Shown here: positions 46,391 through 55,106 of the stretch, one piece after another
How positions within the stretch are numbered: position 1 is the first letter of the stretch
Layout of the letters: each line of letters begins with the position of its first letter
Assembly (NCBI GenBank): GCA_942492765.1
Contig: OW818634.1
Coordinates: forward strand, 665,159-729,158
Source of the DNA: an uncultured bacterium
GTDB lineage: Bacteria; Patescibacteriota; Patescibacteriia; Patescibacteriales; UBA12465
Length of the DNA: 64,000 nucleotides
Direction of reading: 5' to 3'
The notes under the pieces: generated by a model
Databases searched by the model: none
The model's input: the letters and a program-made list of their open reading frames with translations, nothing else
Told to the model about the DNA's origin: nothing
Translations under genes and position numbers: made by a program

Positions 46391-47416
46391 ATGCCTAACA
46401 AAGCCGCCGACCGCTTGATCAGTCCGATAGAACGCCAAGGAGACGAGGCGCTCGACCTTTCGCTGCGTCCGAAATCCTTGAAAGATTATATCGGACAGGA
46501 AAGGATTAAGGAAAATCTGGACATAACCATCGCGGCCGCGAAGAAACGCGGCGAGCCGATCGAGCATATCTTATTATATGGCGCTCCGGGATTAGGGAAG
46601 ACGACCTTGGCGCATGTTATCGCTAACGAGATCGGCGCGAATATCCGGGTTACCTCCGGCCCGGCGATCGAGAAGAGCGGCGACTTGGCTGCGATCCTTT
46701 CGAACCTAGAAGCGGGAGATATATTATTCATCGACGAGATTCATCGCCTGCCAAAGACGGTCGAAGAAATATTATATCCGGCCATGGAAGATTATGCGCT
46801 CGACATCATCATGGGCAAGGGGCCGAGCGCGCGAACATTGCGTTTAGATCTGCCAAAATTCACGATCATCGGCGCGACGACTCTAGCGAGTCTATTGTCG
46901 GCGCCGCTGCGCGATCGTTTCGGCGTGACACATCACCTTAATTTTTATGAGACTGGCGATATCGAGAAGATCATCGGCCGCAGCGCTGGCATCCTGAGCG
47001 TCGACATGGCCGTTGACGCGAGAAAAGAAATCGCTCAGCGCAGCCGGCGGACGCCGCGCATCGCTAATCGCCTGCTGAAACGAGTGCGTGATTATTGCGA
47101 AGTCAAAGGCGACGGTAAAGTCTCTTTGAAAGATAGCCTTGATGCTTTTAAGATGCTGGAAGTCGATGAACTCGGCCTTGACTTGGTCGATCGCCGGATA
47201 CTTGAGACTATCATTAATAAATTCAAGGGCGGTCCGGTCGGGCTTAATACGCTCGCGGCTGCCAGCGGGGAAGAGATGGACACTATCGAGAATATCTATG
47301 AACCTTATCTGATGCAACTAGGATTCTTAGATCGATCTCCTCGCGGCCGGGTCGTCACGGCTTTAGGTTATCAGCACTTAGGCTTGCAAGATCCGGGAAC
47401 AGGAAAGCTTATTTGA
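46391..47416 (+). CDS. ruvB: Holliday junction helicase RuvB
   Basis: '[12 protein letters not shown]', '[13 protein letters not shown]', '[10 protein letters not shown]', 'IGATT', 'TPRIANRLL'. ATG at 46391. Ends with TGA. Confidence 0.93.
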   Translation: MPNKAADRLISPIERQGDEALDLSLRPKSLKDYIGQERIKENLDITIAAAKKRGEPIEHILLYGAPGLGKTTLAHVIANEIGANIRVTSGPAIEKSGDLAAILSNLEAGDILFIDEIHRLPKTVEEILYPAMEDYALDIIMGKGPSARTLRLDLPKFTIIGATTLASLLSAPLRDRFGVTHHLNFYETGDIEKIIGRSAGILSVDMAVDARKEIAQRSRRTPRIANRLLKRVRDYCEVKGDGKVSLKDSLDAFKMLEVDELGLDLVDRRILETIINKFKGGPVGLNTLAAASGEEMDTIENIYEPYLMQLGFLDRSPRGRVVTALGYQHLGLQDPGTGKLI

Positions 47417-47418
47417 TT

Positions 47419-48480
47419 ATGTTAAAGACTTCTGACTTTGATTATCATCTTCCGAGCGAGCTTATTGCTCAGAAGCCGGCCAGACCGCGGGATCACTCGC
47501 GGCTTTTGCTGTTAGATAAGGAAAGCGGCGCGATTAACCACCATCATTTTTTCGAGATTGTCGACTATCTAAAGAAAGGCGATGTCTTAGTTCTGAATAA
47601 TTCTAAAGTCTTTCCGGCGCGCTTGCTTGGCCATAAGGCAGAAACTGGCGGCGCCGTGGAGATATTCTTGCATAAGAAGACCGGAGCGACCGAATGGGAA
47701 TGCTTAGTCGGCGGGAGAGTCAAAGAAGGACTGGCGGTAGTTTTTCCTAGAAGTCCACTAGGGGCGGAAATTATCAAGAATAATGAAGATGGCACTTGGC
47801 AGGTGAGATTCAATTCAGCTGGCAGCAACTTTTGGAAAGCTATAGAGAAAATCGGCCTGGTTCCTCTGCCTCCTTATATTAAACGCGATCAGAAGGTCAG
47901 GAGCGATAAGAATAATTATCAGACCGTCTTCGCTGACCCGCATAAGGTCGGTTCGGCCGCCGCTCCGACAGCCGGCCTTCATCTCACGGAAAGACTATTG
48001 AAGAAGATAAGAGCCAAAGGCGTAAAGATAGTGATGGTCACTCTGCATGTCGGCCTCGGAACTTTCGCTCCAGTCAAGACAGACCTGATTACGGAACATA
48101 AGATGCACAGCGAATATGCCGAGATTAGCGTTCGGACAGCTAAGGACATCTTAAATGCGAAAAAGGCTGGCGGGCGTATCATTGCCGTCGGGACAACTAG
48201 CTGCCGGACATTGGAATCGGCAGATTGGCAGAAATTCGCGGCCGAGCTTCAGGCCGGGCAGGCCAAGCCCCAGTCTTTCTGGACGGAGATATTCATTTAT
48301 CCCGGGTATAGATTCAAGATTGTCGACGGCCTCATAACTAATTTTCATCTGCCTAAATCGACGCTCCTGATGCTCGTGAGCGCCCTAGCTGGCAAGAGCT
48401 ATATTGACGAAGCTTATCGCCAGGCGGTTTTAAGGCATTATCGCTTCTTCAGTTATGGCGATGCCATGTTTATTTCTTGA
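47419..48480 (+). CDS. queA: S-adenosylmethionine:tRNA ribosyltransferase-isomerase
   Basis: 'FDYHLPSELIAQKPARPRDHSRLL', 'PLPPYIKR', 'TNFHLPKSTLLMLVSA'. Confidence 0.92.
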   Translation: MLKTSDFDYHLPSELIAQKPARPRDHSRLLLLDKESGAINHHHFFEIVDYLKKGDVLVLNNSKVFPARLLGHKAETGGAVEIFLHKKTGATEWECLVGGRVKEGLAVVFPRSPLGAEIIKNNEDGTWQVRFNSAGSNFWKAIEKIGLVPLPPYIKRDQKVRSDKNNYQTVFADPHKVGSAAAPTAGLHLTERLLKKIRAKGVKIVMVTLHVGLGTFAPVKTDLITEHKMHSEYAEISVRTAKDILNAKKAGGRIIAVGTTSCRTLESADWQKFAAELQAGQAKPQSFWTEIFIYPGYRFKIVDGLITNFHLPKSTLLMLVSALAGKSYIDEAYRQAVLRHYRFFSYGDAMFIS

Positions 48481-48568
48481 AAATTAGACAAAATCATCGA
48501 TTTGATTTATTCGCGATTTTCTGATATAGTGAAGCTTGACTTGTCTCATCTCATTTATATTTTTAGAT

Positions 48569-49138
48569 ATGAAAAAGTTTTTTTTGTTCGTCTGGGAGAT
48601 CACTAAGGTAGTGGCCATCTCATTAGCTATAATCCTGCCGGTCAGGTATTTTTTGATTCAGCCTTTTTACGTCAAAGGCGCTTCCATGGAACCTAATTTT
48701 CACGACCACGAATATTTGATCATCGACGAACTCAGTTATCGTTTTAATAATCCGGAACGAGGACAGGTCGTCGTTTTCCGCTACCCGCGCAATCCGCAGG
48801 AGTATTTTATCAAGCGCGTCATCGGCTTGCCCGGTGAACAGATCCAGATCAAGGACGGTCAGGTCATAATTTTCAATGAGGATCATCCAGAAGGTTTCGC
48901 TATTAATGAAGAATACCTTTCCGGCGATCTGATCACCTTCGATTCCAGCGACATCAAGGTCACTGTCGGGCCTGACGAATACTTCGTGCTCGGCGATAAT
49001 CGCAGCGCTTCTAAAGATTCCCGCAGCTTCGGTCCGGTTAATCGCAGTTTCATCACTGGCAAAGTCCTGTTCCGCGGCTGGCCCCTGAACGAAGTGACAG
49101 TTTTCGATAATAAATATTGGCCTCAATATAATAATTAA
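48569..49138 (+). CDS. lepB: Signal peptidase I
   Basis: 'VKGASMEPNF' (Ser), 'IKRVIGLPGE' (Lys), 'GDNRSASKDSR'. N-terminal TM. ATG at 48569. Confidence 0.9.
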   Translation: MKKFFLFVWEITKVVAISLAIILPVRYFLIQPFYVKGASMEPNFHDHEYLIIDELSYRFNNPERGQVVVFRYPRNPQEYFIKRVIGLPGEQIQIKDGQVIIFNEDHPEGFAINEEYLSGDLITFDSSDIKVTVGPDEYFVLGDNRSASKDSRSFGPVNRSFITGKVLFRGWPLNEVTVFDNKYWPQYNN

Positions 49139-49143
49139 ACTTT

Positions 49144-50526
49144 ATGCCGAGAAGAAAGAAAGGCGCGCCTGAGGCGGCCAAAAAGATCGAGCGTCGGAGC
49201 GAGAAAACCCCGAATCGCCTTCTGGGAATGAAGGATTGGGTCGGATCAGAATGCCGTTATTTTGATTTTGTCGTTGCTAAGGCTAACGAGTTCGCGAAGA
49301 TCTATAGTTTCACGCCGATAAAGACTCCGATCATGGAGAGCCTTGATCTGTATAAGAAATCTACGCGCCATAGCGCCGAGAGAGAGTTTTATTCTGTCGA
49401 GGGAGAGAAAAGTGAAAAGATGGTTCTGCGTCCTGAAATGACTCAGGGCGTCATCCGCGCTTACTTAGAGAATAATCTTGGAGAATCTGGGTTGCCAGCG
49501 AGATTGTTTTCACTCGGCCCTATCTTCCGTCATGAAAAATTACAGACCGGCCATTATCGCGAATCAACTCAGATGAATTTAGAGATAATCGGCGAAGATA
49601 AACCCCTGGCCGAAGCCTTGTTGATTACGGTCGCTCATAATTTTTTCACAGAATTGGGCATTAAGACCCAAGTTCAGATAAATAGCCTCGGCAGCGCTGA
49701 ATGCCGCCGGGAATATTGCAATAAGCTTCTAGCTTTCTACAAGGAAAGAGGTCGCCGCTCTAAGCTCTGCAATTCCTGTAAGAACAGCCTAGGCAAGAAT
49801 TGCTTGAGCCTATTGGATTGCACCGAAGACGCTTGCGTCAAGGCGCGCGAAGAAGCGCCGCAGATTGCGGACTACTTATCAGCCGAAAGCCGCGAGCATT
49901 TTACCAAGACTTTAGAATTTTTGGATGAATTGAATATCAACTATAATTTCAATCCTTATCTTGTCCGCGGCCTGAATTACTATAATGATACTGTCTTTGA
50001 ATTCTGGCCGATCAATGAAGACGGCTCTATTCTAGGAAAAATCGCGCTCGGCGGCGGGGGCCGCTATGATTCCTTAGTGGAAAATCTCGGCGGCGCCTCA
50101 GCTCCGGCTATCGGCCTGGCAATCGGAATCGAAAGAACCTTAGCCAAGATCAAGGATAAGCAGCTCTTGATAAATAAACAGGAAGAGGATATAGTGTTTA
50201 TTGCCCAATTAGGCGACCAGGCTAAGCTTAAATCTTTGCAATTATTCGAGGATTTGCGCAATGCCGGCTTCAATGTCCGCCAGTCCTTCGCCTCTGATAG
50301 CCTGAAAATTCAGCTGGAAGAAGCGGCGGCCATGCAGGCAAAAACTAGCTTAATATTAGGTAAGAAAGAAATAATGGACGGCACCATCCTGATGCGGGAT
50401 ATGGATTCTGGAGCGCAAGAGACTGTCGTTTATAAGAAAATCAAGGAAAGATTGTCTAAAAAAGATAAATTAATCGAAAAAAGATTAAATAATAGAAAGG
50501 AAGGTGGACTTTATGGCGGACTTTAA
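49144..50526 (+). CDS. hisS: Histidine--tRNA ligase
   Basis: 'MVLRPEMT', motif 2 'LFSLGPIFRHEKLQTGHYRESTQ', 'GGGRYDSLVE', motif 3 'AIGLAIGIERT'. It has basic N- and C-terminal extensions. Confidence 0.9.
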   Translation: MPRRKKGAPEAAKKIERRSEKTPNRLLGMKDWVGSECRYFDFVVAKANEFAKIYSFTPIKTPIMESLDLYKKSTRHSAEREFYSVEGEKSEKMVLRPEMTQGVIRAYLENNLGESGLPARLFSLGPIFRHEKLQTGHYRESTQMNLEIIGEDKPLAEALLITVAHNFFTELGIKTQVQINSLGSAECRREYCNKLLAFYKERGRRSKLCNSCKNSLGKNCLSLLDCTEDACVKAREEAPQIADYLSAESREHFTKTLEFLDELNINYNFNPYLVRGLNYYNDTVFEFWPINEDGSILGKIALGGGGRYDSLVENLGGASAPAIGLAIGIERTLAKIKDKQLLINKQEEDIVFIAQLGDQAKLKSLQLFEDLRNAGFNVRQSFASDSLKIQLEEAAAMQAKTSLILGKKEIMDGTILMRDMDSGAQETVVYKKIKERLSKKDKLIEKRLNNRKEGGLYGGL

Positions 50527-50746
50527 GAGAAAGCCAGGTGAAAGTTTTGAAAGTTTCTTGAGAAAATTCAAGAAAGGCTTGAAAAATAGCAAGCGTTTGG
50601 AAAAAGCGCGTTCAAAACAGCACATGGAACCGAAAAAAACCAAGCAGAAGCAGAAAAAGCACGCATTAATCGGGCTGGATTTGCGTAAGAAAAACGAGTA
50701 TTTGCGCAAGATCGGCAAATTACCGGAAAGCAATATGCGCCCGTAA
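50513..50746 (+). CDS. rpsU: 30S ribosomal protein S21
   Basis: 'ESFESFLRKFKKGLKNSKRLEKARSKQHMEPKKTKQKQKK' has the S21-like basic pattern. SD AAGGAAGGTGG lies 5 nt upstream of the ATG at 50513. It overlaps the hisS end. Confidence 0.8.
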   Translation: MADFKRKPGESFESFLRKFKKGLKNSKRLEKARSKQHMEPKKTKQKQKKHALIGLDLRKKNEYLRKIGKLPESNMRP

Positions 50747-50766
50747 TATCTAGATATTCAAGATTT

Positions 50767-50798
50767 AAAAAGACCATCTCGCGAGAGTTGGTCTTTTT
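50767..50798. terminator. Bidirectional terminator between rpsU and rel
   Basis: AAGACCATCTC / GAGTTGGTCTT stem (one mismatch), flanked by A5 and T5. Confidence 0.55.
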
Positions 50799-50811
50799 GT
50801 TTTAACTGAAG

Positions 50812-52281
50812 TTATTTATTTATTCCAGGAATAAATCTCTTAATATTTTCTAGCGTTGATTTTTTGCCGTATTGTCTGATATGGTCGCGAGCGCGCTTGG
50901 TCTTAGCGAATTTGAGCCAGTCGCGATTGGGATGCGGGCGATTCTTTTCTGTCAGTATCTCGACGAAGTCGCCGTTCTTCAGTTCCTGGTCCAGCTTGCT
51001 CAGCTTATCGTTGACGATCGCGCCGCTCGCCTTATTGCCGATATTAGTGTGGACAGCATAGGCGAAATCTATCGGCGTTGATCCTTCCGGCAATTCGAAG
51101 ACATCGCCCTTAGGAGAGAAGACGAAGATGCGGTCGCGGAAGATATCGAGTTTTATTTTTTTGACGAATTCATTGGTATTCGTAATCTCTTTCTGAATCT
51201 CAATGATTTCTTCGACCCAAGAAGGGGCGTGATAGCCGGCTTGGCCGCGTCGATGTTTATAATACCAATGGGCAGATAAGCCATAGATGCTTTCTTCATG
51301 CATCTCTTGCGTCCTGATCTGGAATTCAGTCGCTTTTCCTTCCGGCCCGAAGATAGTAGTGTGTAGCGAGCGGTAGCCGTTAGGCTTAGGAACAGCGATA
51401 TAGTCCTTGAAACGATTCGGTTTTGGTTTCCAAAGAGTATGGATGATGCCTAAAGTCTTATAGCAATCATCTACTGTCGGTACGACGATGCGTAGAGCGA
51501 ACACATCATAGATCTCGTCGAATTTTCGGTCCTTTTCTTGCATTTTTCGGTAGATGCTATAGAGATGCTTGAAACGGACCTCGATATCATATTTTTTCAG
51601 TCCGGCCTCCTCGAGCTTCGGCGTCAGGATGCTCTTGATATTATGGAAGAAACGATTTCTTTCGATTTTTTTCTCGACTTCGTATTTATATTCCAGCTCA
51701 TGATATTTTTCTGGGTATAAGACCTTGAAACAGATATCTTCCATCTGCCACTTTAGGCGGCCGATTCCTAAGAGGCCAGCGATAGGAGCATAGATCTCTA
51801 GAGTTTCGCGGGCGATTCTTTTTTGTTTTTCCGCCGGAAGATTTTCTAAGGTGCGCAAGTTATTCAAGCGATCGCAGAATTTTATGAAGATGACTCTCAA
51901 ATCGCTAGCCATCGCCAGAAACATTTTCTTTAGGTTTTCCCGATAGCGCTCAATGCCGCGGTATTTTATCTTTCCGAGTTTGGTGACGCCTTCGACTAAA
52001 GTCGCTATTTCCGGGCCGAAAAGTATCTTCACGTCTTCTAGGGTTTTTTCCGTATCCTCAGGAACATCATGGAGAAGCCCGGCGGCGACAGTCGCCAAAT
52101 CGGCTTTTATCTCCGCTAGGATATAGGCGGTATGAAGCGGATGCTGGATATAGGGCTCGCCGTTCTTGCGGAGCTGTCCCTCGTGGGCCTCATTAGCAAA
52201 ATCGAACGCTAAAGACAGGACGGAGGTGTCGTCATCAGGATGGTTTTCATGAAATTTTTTTATTATCCGTTCAATCGTCAT
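50812..52281 (-). CDS. rel: RelA/SpoT-homologue (HD hydrolase + synthetase + TGS; C-terminal ACT/RRM region absent)
   Basis: 'HPLHTAYIL...LLHDVPEDT' (HD), 'YRSLHTTIFGP...EFQIRTQEMH' (synthetase), and 'IFVFSPKGDVFELPEGSTPIDFAYAVHTNIG' (TGS). Only 489 aa. Confidence 0.88.
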   Translation of the reverse strand: MTIERIIKKFHENHPDDDTSVLSLAFDFANEAHEGQLRKNGEPYIQHPLHTAYILAEIKADLATVAAGLLHDVPEDTEKTLEDVKILFGPEIATLVEGVTKLGKIKYRGIERYRENLKKMFLAMASDLRVIFIKFCDRLNNLRTLENLPAEKQKRIARETLEIYAPIAGLLGIGRLKWQMEDICFKVLYPEKYHELEYKYEVEKKIERNRFFHNIKSILTPKLEEAGLKKYDIEVRFKHLYSIYRKMQEKDRKFDEIYDVFALRIVVPTVDDCYKTLGIIHTLWKPKPNRFKDYIAVPKPNGYRSLHTTIFGPEGKATEFQIRTQEMHEESIYGLSAHWYYKHRRGQAGYHAPSWVEEIIEIQKEITNTNEFVKKIKLDIFRDRIFVFSPKGDVFELPEGSTPIDFAYAVHTNIGNKASGAIVNDKLSKLDQELKNGDFVEILTEKNRPHPNRDWLKFAKTKRARDHIRQYGKKSTLENIKRFIPGINK

Positions 52282-52329
52282 ATTAGCTCAGTTATTAACC
52301 TGGACGCCCTTTTTCATTTCAGCTATTTA

Positions 52330-52338
52330 TGTTATAAT
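52330..52338 (+). promoter_or_regulatory. Extended -10 element upstream of the giant-protein cluster
   Basis: TGTTATAAT (TGn + perfect TATAAT at 52333-52338), 60 nt upstream of the 52399 ATG. No convincing -35. Confidence 0.3.
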
Positions 52339-52398
52339 GGAAGCATCGCAATTATACCATATCGCATGCCAGTTTAAAAATTTTTATCTCTTTAAACA

Positions 52399-55095
52399 AT
52401 GGCTAAAAAAATTAAAATAATAGGCTTATCCTTAAGCTTTTTGGTAATGCTTTTAGCAGCCGGTTTTTTATTATCGGTTGATTTCGCGTCGGCTCAAGAT
52501 TTCGGAATCAATCAGGTTAATACTGGCCTAGCTGGATCGTTAAGCTCGACTGACCCGAGAGTCATTATCGGGCGCATTATCCAATGGGCCCTGGGTTTCT
52601 TGGGAGTCATTGCCGTTTCTTTGATCATGTATGCCGGTTTCTTATGGATGACTTCTAACGGCGAGGAAGAGAAGATATCTCAGGCTAAGAAGATCTTGAA
52701 GAACGCGGCTATCGGTTTGGCCATCATCTTGTCTTCCTGGGGCATCACGACCTTCATCCTTTCCAGACTCCTGATCGCTACCGGCGCTAATGTCGGCGAG
52801 ACCGGCGGCGGAGCGAGCACGGCCTCCTTGAGTTCCGGTATCGGTTCTATCGGCGCCTGTACTATCGCTAGCACTTATCCTGAGGACGGCCAGTCTGATG
52901 TGCCGCGCAACACTTCTATCATGATTACCTTTAAGGAAGATTTGAAATTAGATTCTGTCTGCGTGAATAGCGCTGGCGCCGCTTGCGCTTGCGATTCCGG
53001 AGATTGCAATAAGATCAATCCATTCGCTATCCGCCTCTATAAGACCGATCTGGGCGATGCTTGCTCTAATTCTTCCTGTCCGAGTTCGAACGCTAATATA
53101 ACTAATGTCATCGTGACCGTCACCGGCGCCAATAGGACTCTGGTCCTGATGCCTTTGAGCCCCTTGGGTTCGACTGATAGCAATACTGCTTATTCGATCA
53201 AGCTGACTAATCAGGTCAAGAAAGCGGACGGCATCTCAATGTTCAAGAATTGTAATGCTGATCTGGCGCAATGGGGATTTACGGTCAATACTAACTTCGA
53301 CTTGACTCCGCCCATCGTCGCCCCGGCCGGGATATTTCCATTGCCGGATAATCAGAAAGATCTTTATAAAGTCGTGACTCCGGCTGCCGCCGCGACTGGC
53401 GCGGTCACTGTTTCTGCTTGTCCGAATACTTATGCCGCCGCTAGTGTAAATAGCGTCACCCCCAATACGGCCAGCGTGACTCTTAATTATCATGGCGGCC
53501 TGGCTAATTTTAAAGTCGTAGTGCCGGCAGATGCTCCTGATAAGGCTCAGCTATTCGATTCTTCCAATAATCTTTTAGGTATCGCTGATTTTAGCGCGAC
53601 TGGCGTTGCCGCCTTCGCGGATTTCTTGACTCTGACAGCCGCTAGTCATCCGGCTGGAAGCTTATGGACTATTTCCATTACCCCAGAAAGATTAGCCGAC
53701 ACTTTGACAGTCAATGATACGGTGTATACCTTCGCGGCTACCGGCGAGAATAATAATATTACCGTGCCCGCGACTTGCAATATCAATACTCAGGCCGCGA
53801 ATATCCAGGCTAAATTGAGCGGTCAAGCCGATATCGATGTCAATCTCAGCGGCGCGACTGTCGATCTGAGCGCCAAGGTCGCCGGTGCGGCGGGAAATAA
53901 TATCGCCGTGACTACGACTAATTCCGGCGCATTAGCAGTGCGCGCCTTATCCGGGGGCAAAGACCGCCAAGAATTGAGCCAATCCAAAGATAAACAGGAT
54001 CGGCCGATGAATTCTGCTATCCAGGTAAATTTTAACGAAGCGATTAATCCGTTAACAGTTTCCGGCTCCGCGAGCGAGGTCGCTAATTATATAAGAGTGG
54101 TCAATGCTAACGCTTCCAGTTCCTTAGCTGGAGCCGCCTGCAGCCGCGATTCTGATTGCCGTTCCTATAAATGCCAGAATAGCGCTTGCGTCGGCGCCTA
54201 TCTAGGAGGGAAGTTCAAAGTCAGCAATGGCTATAAGACGCTGGAGTTCATTTCCGACGTCAAATGCGGCGTTAATGGCTGCGGCGAAGAGATTTATTGC
54301 TTGCCAGCTAATAGCCATCTGGCTATAGAGTTGACATCGGCTAATCTTAAGACCTGTTCTAGCGATACTGATTGCGCCGCCCTAGCTCCTTTCAAGACTT
54401 GCGGCACGACTGCGCTTGGTTATCGCACCTGCCAAGATTCTGAGGGGCATAATTATCCGGCCGCTAATCTCAGCAGTCTTGATGGCGTCGTCGATGCGGC
54501 TATAAATTCTTTCGATGGCGATCGCAACACTTATTCCGACGGTCCTTTGGATTTTTATGATGATAATTATGATACGACCGTCAATGTCAATAAGAAAGAT
54601 AAGTATAAATGGTCTTTCTATATCAATGATCAGATCATGACGACTCCGCCGCAGATAACCTTGATTTCTCCGATCCAAGGGCAGAGCGGGATAAACCTAG
54701 CTGATCCGATCACTATAAATTTCAACACCCTGATGCTCAATAGCACGCTTGATACTGGCAGCGTCATGGTCACGAACGGGTCTTCTACTTTCGAGCACAA
54801 GCTAGTCAATCTCCGTTCCTCTTCGCCGAGCGCTTTGGGCTATTGGATTGTCAGCGAGAATAAGGATGTTTCGCCGCTAGACGGAGAGCCCGATATGACT
54901 ATCGCTAAAATATTCCATTCTCCTTTTGCCGAATCTCTGACTTTCCGCGCCCAGGTCGGTTCCGGCGTCAAAGATATCTATCAGAATTGTTATAAGCCAA
55001 GTATCGGCCCAGGTTGCGCCGCTACGGCCGAACAGCCTTCTTGCTGCTTCGGTTCTTTGACTGGCGCTTTAGGTTCTGATGGCAATTGCCAATAA
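52399..55095 (+). CDS. Large surface protein 1 (898 aa): T4SS-pilin/VirB2-like N-terminal two-TM module + Ig-like (SbsA/Big_5-type) and Cys-containing extracellular domains
   Basis: Signal peptide ending 'ASAQD'. 'ALGFLGVIAVSLIMYAGFLWMTSNGEEEKISQAKKILKNAAIGLAIILSSWGITTFI' is the pilin-like hairpin. Three Big_5-like starts occur ('STYPEDGQSDVPRNTSIMITF', 'MNSAIQVNFNEAINP', 'ISPIQGQSGINLADPITINF'). Confidence 0.8.
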   Translation: MAKKIKIIGLSLSFLVMLLAAGFLLSVDFASAQDFGINQVNTGLAGSLSSTDPRVIIGRIIQWALGFLGVIAVSLIMYAGFLWMTSNGEEEKISQAKKILKNAAIGLAIILSSWGITTFILSRLLIATGANVGETGGGASTASLSSGIGSIGACTIASTYPEDGQSDVPRNTSIMITFKEDLKLDSVCVNSAGAACACDSGDCNKINPFAIRLYKTDLGDACSNSSCPSSNANITNVIVTVTGANRTLVLMPLSPLGSTDSNTAYSIKLTNQVKKADGISMFKNCNADLAQWGFTVNTNFDLTPPIVAPAGIFPLPDNQKDLYKVVTPAAAATGAVTVSACPNTYAAASVNSVTPNTASVTLNYHGGLANFKVVVPADAPDKAQLFDSSNNLLGIADFSATGVAAFADFLTLTAASHPAGSLWTISITPERLADTLTVNDTVYTFAATGENNNITVPATCNINTQAANIQAKLSGQADIDVNLSGATVDLSAKVAGAAGNNIAVTTTNSGALAVRALSGGKDRQELSQSKDKQDRPMNSAIQVNFNEAINPLTVSGSASEVANYIRVVNANASSSLAGAACSRDSDCRSYKCQNSACVGAYLGGKFKVSNGYKTLEFISDVKCGVNGCGEEIYCLPANSHLAIELTSANLKTCSSDTDCAALAPFKTCGTTALGYRTCQDSEGHNYPAANLSSLDGVVDAAINSFDGDRNTYSDGPLDFYDDNYDTTVNVNKKDKYKWSFYINDQIMTTPPQITLISPIQGQSGINLADPITINFNTLMLNSTLDTGSVMVTNGSSTFEHKLVNLRSSSPSALGYWIVSENKDVSPLDGEPDMTIAKIFHSPFAESLTFRAQVGSGVKDIYQNCYKPSIGPGCAATAEQPSCCFGSLTGALGSDGNCQ

Positions 55096-55106
55096 ATTAA
55101 AATTTT

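Noticed and set aside
47414-48480. Alternative genetic code (UGA recoded, as in some CPR lineages).
   Set aside because: TGA terminates ruvB (47414-47416) and queA at positions matching normal protein lengths. Long genes contain no in-frame TGA. The standard code 11 fits.
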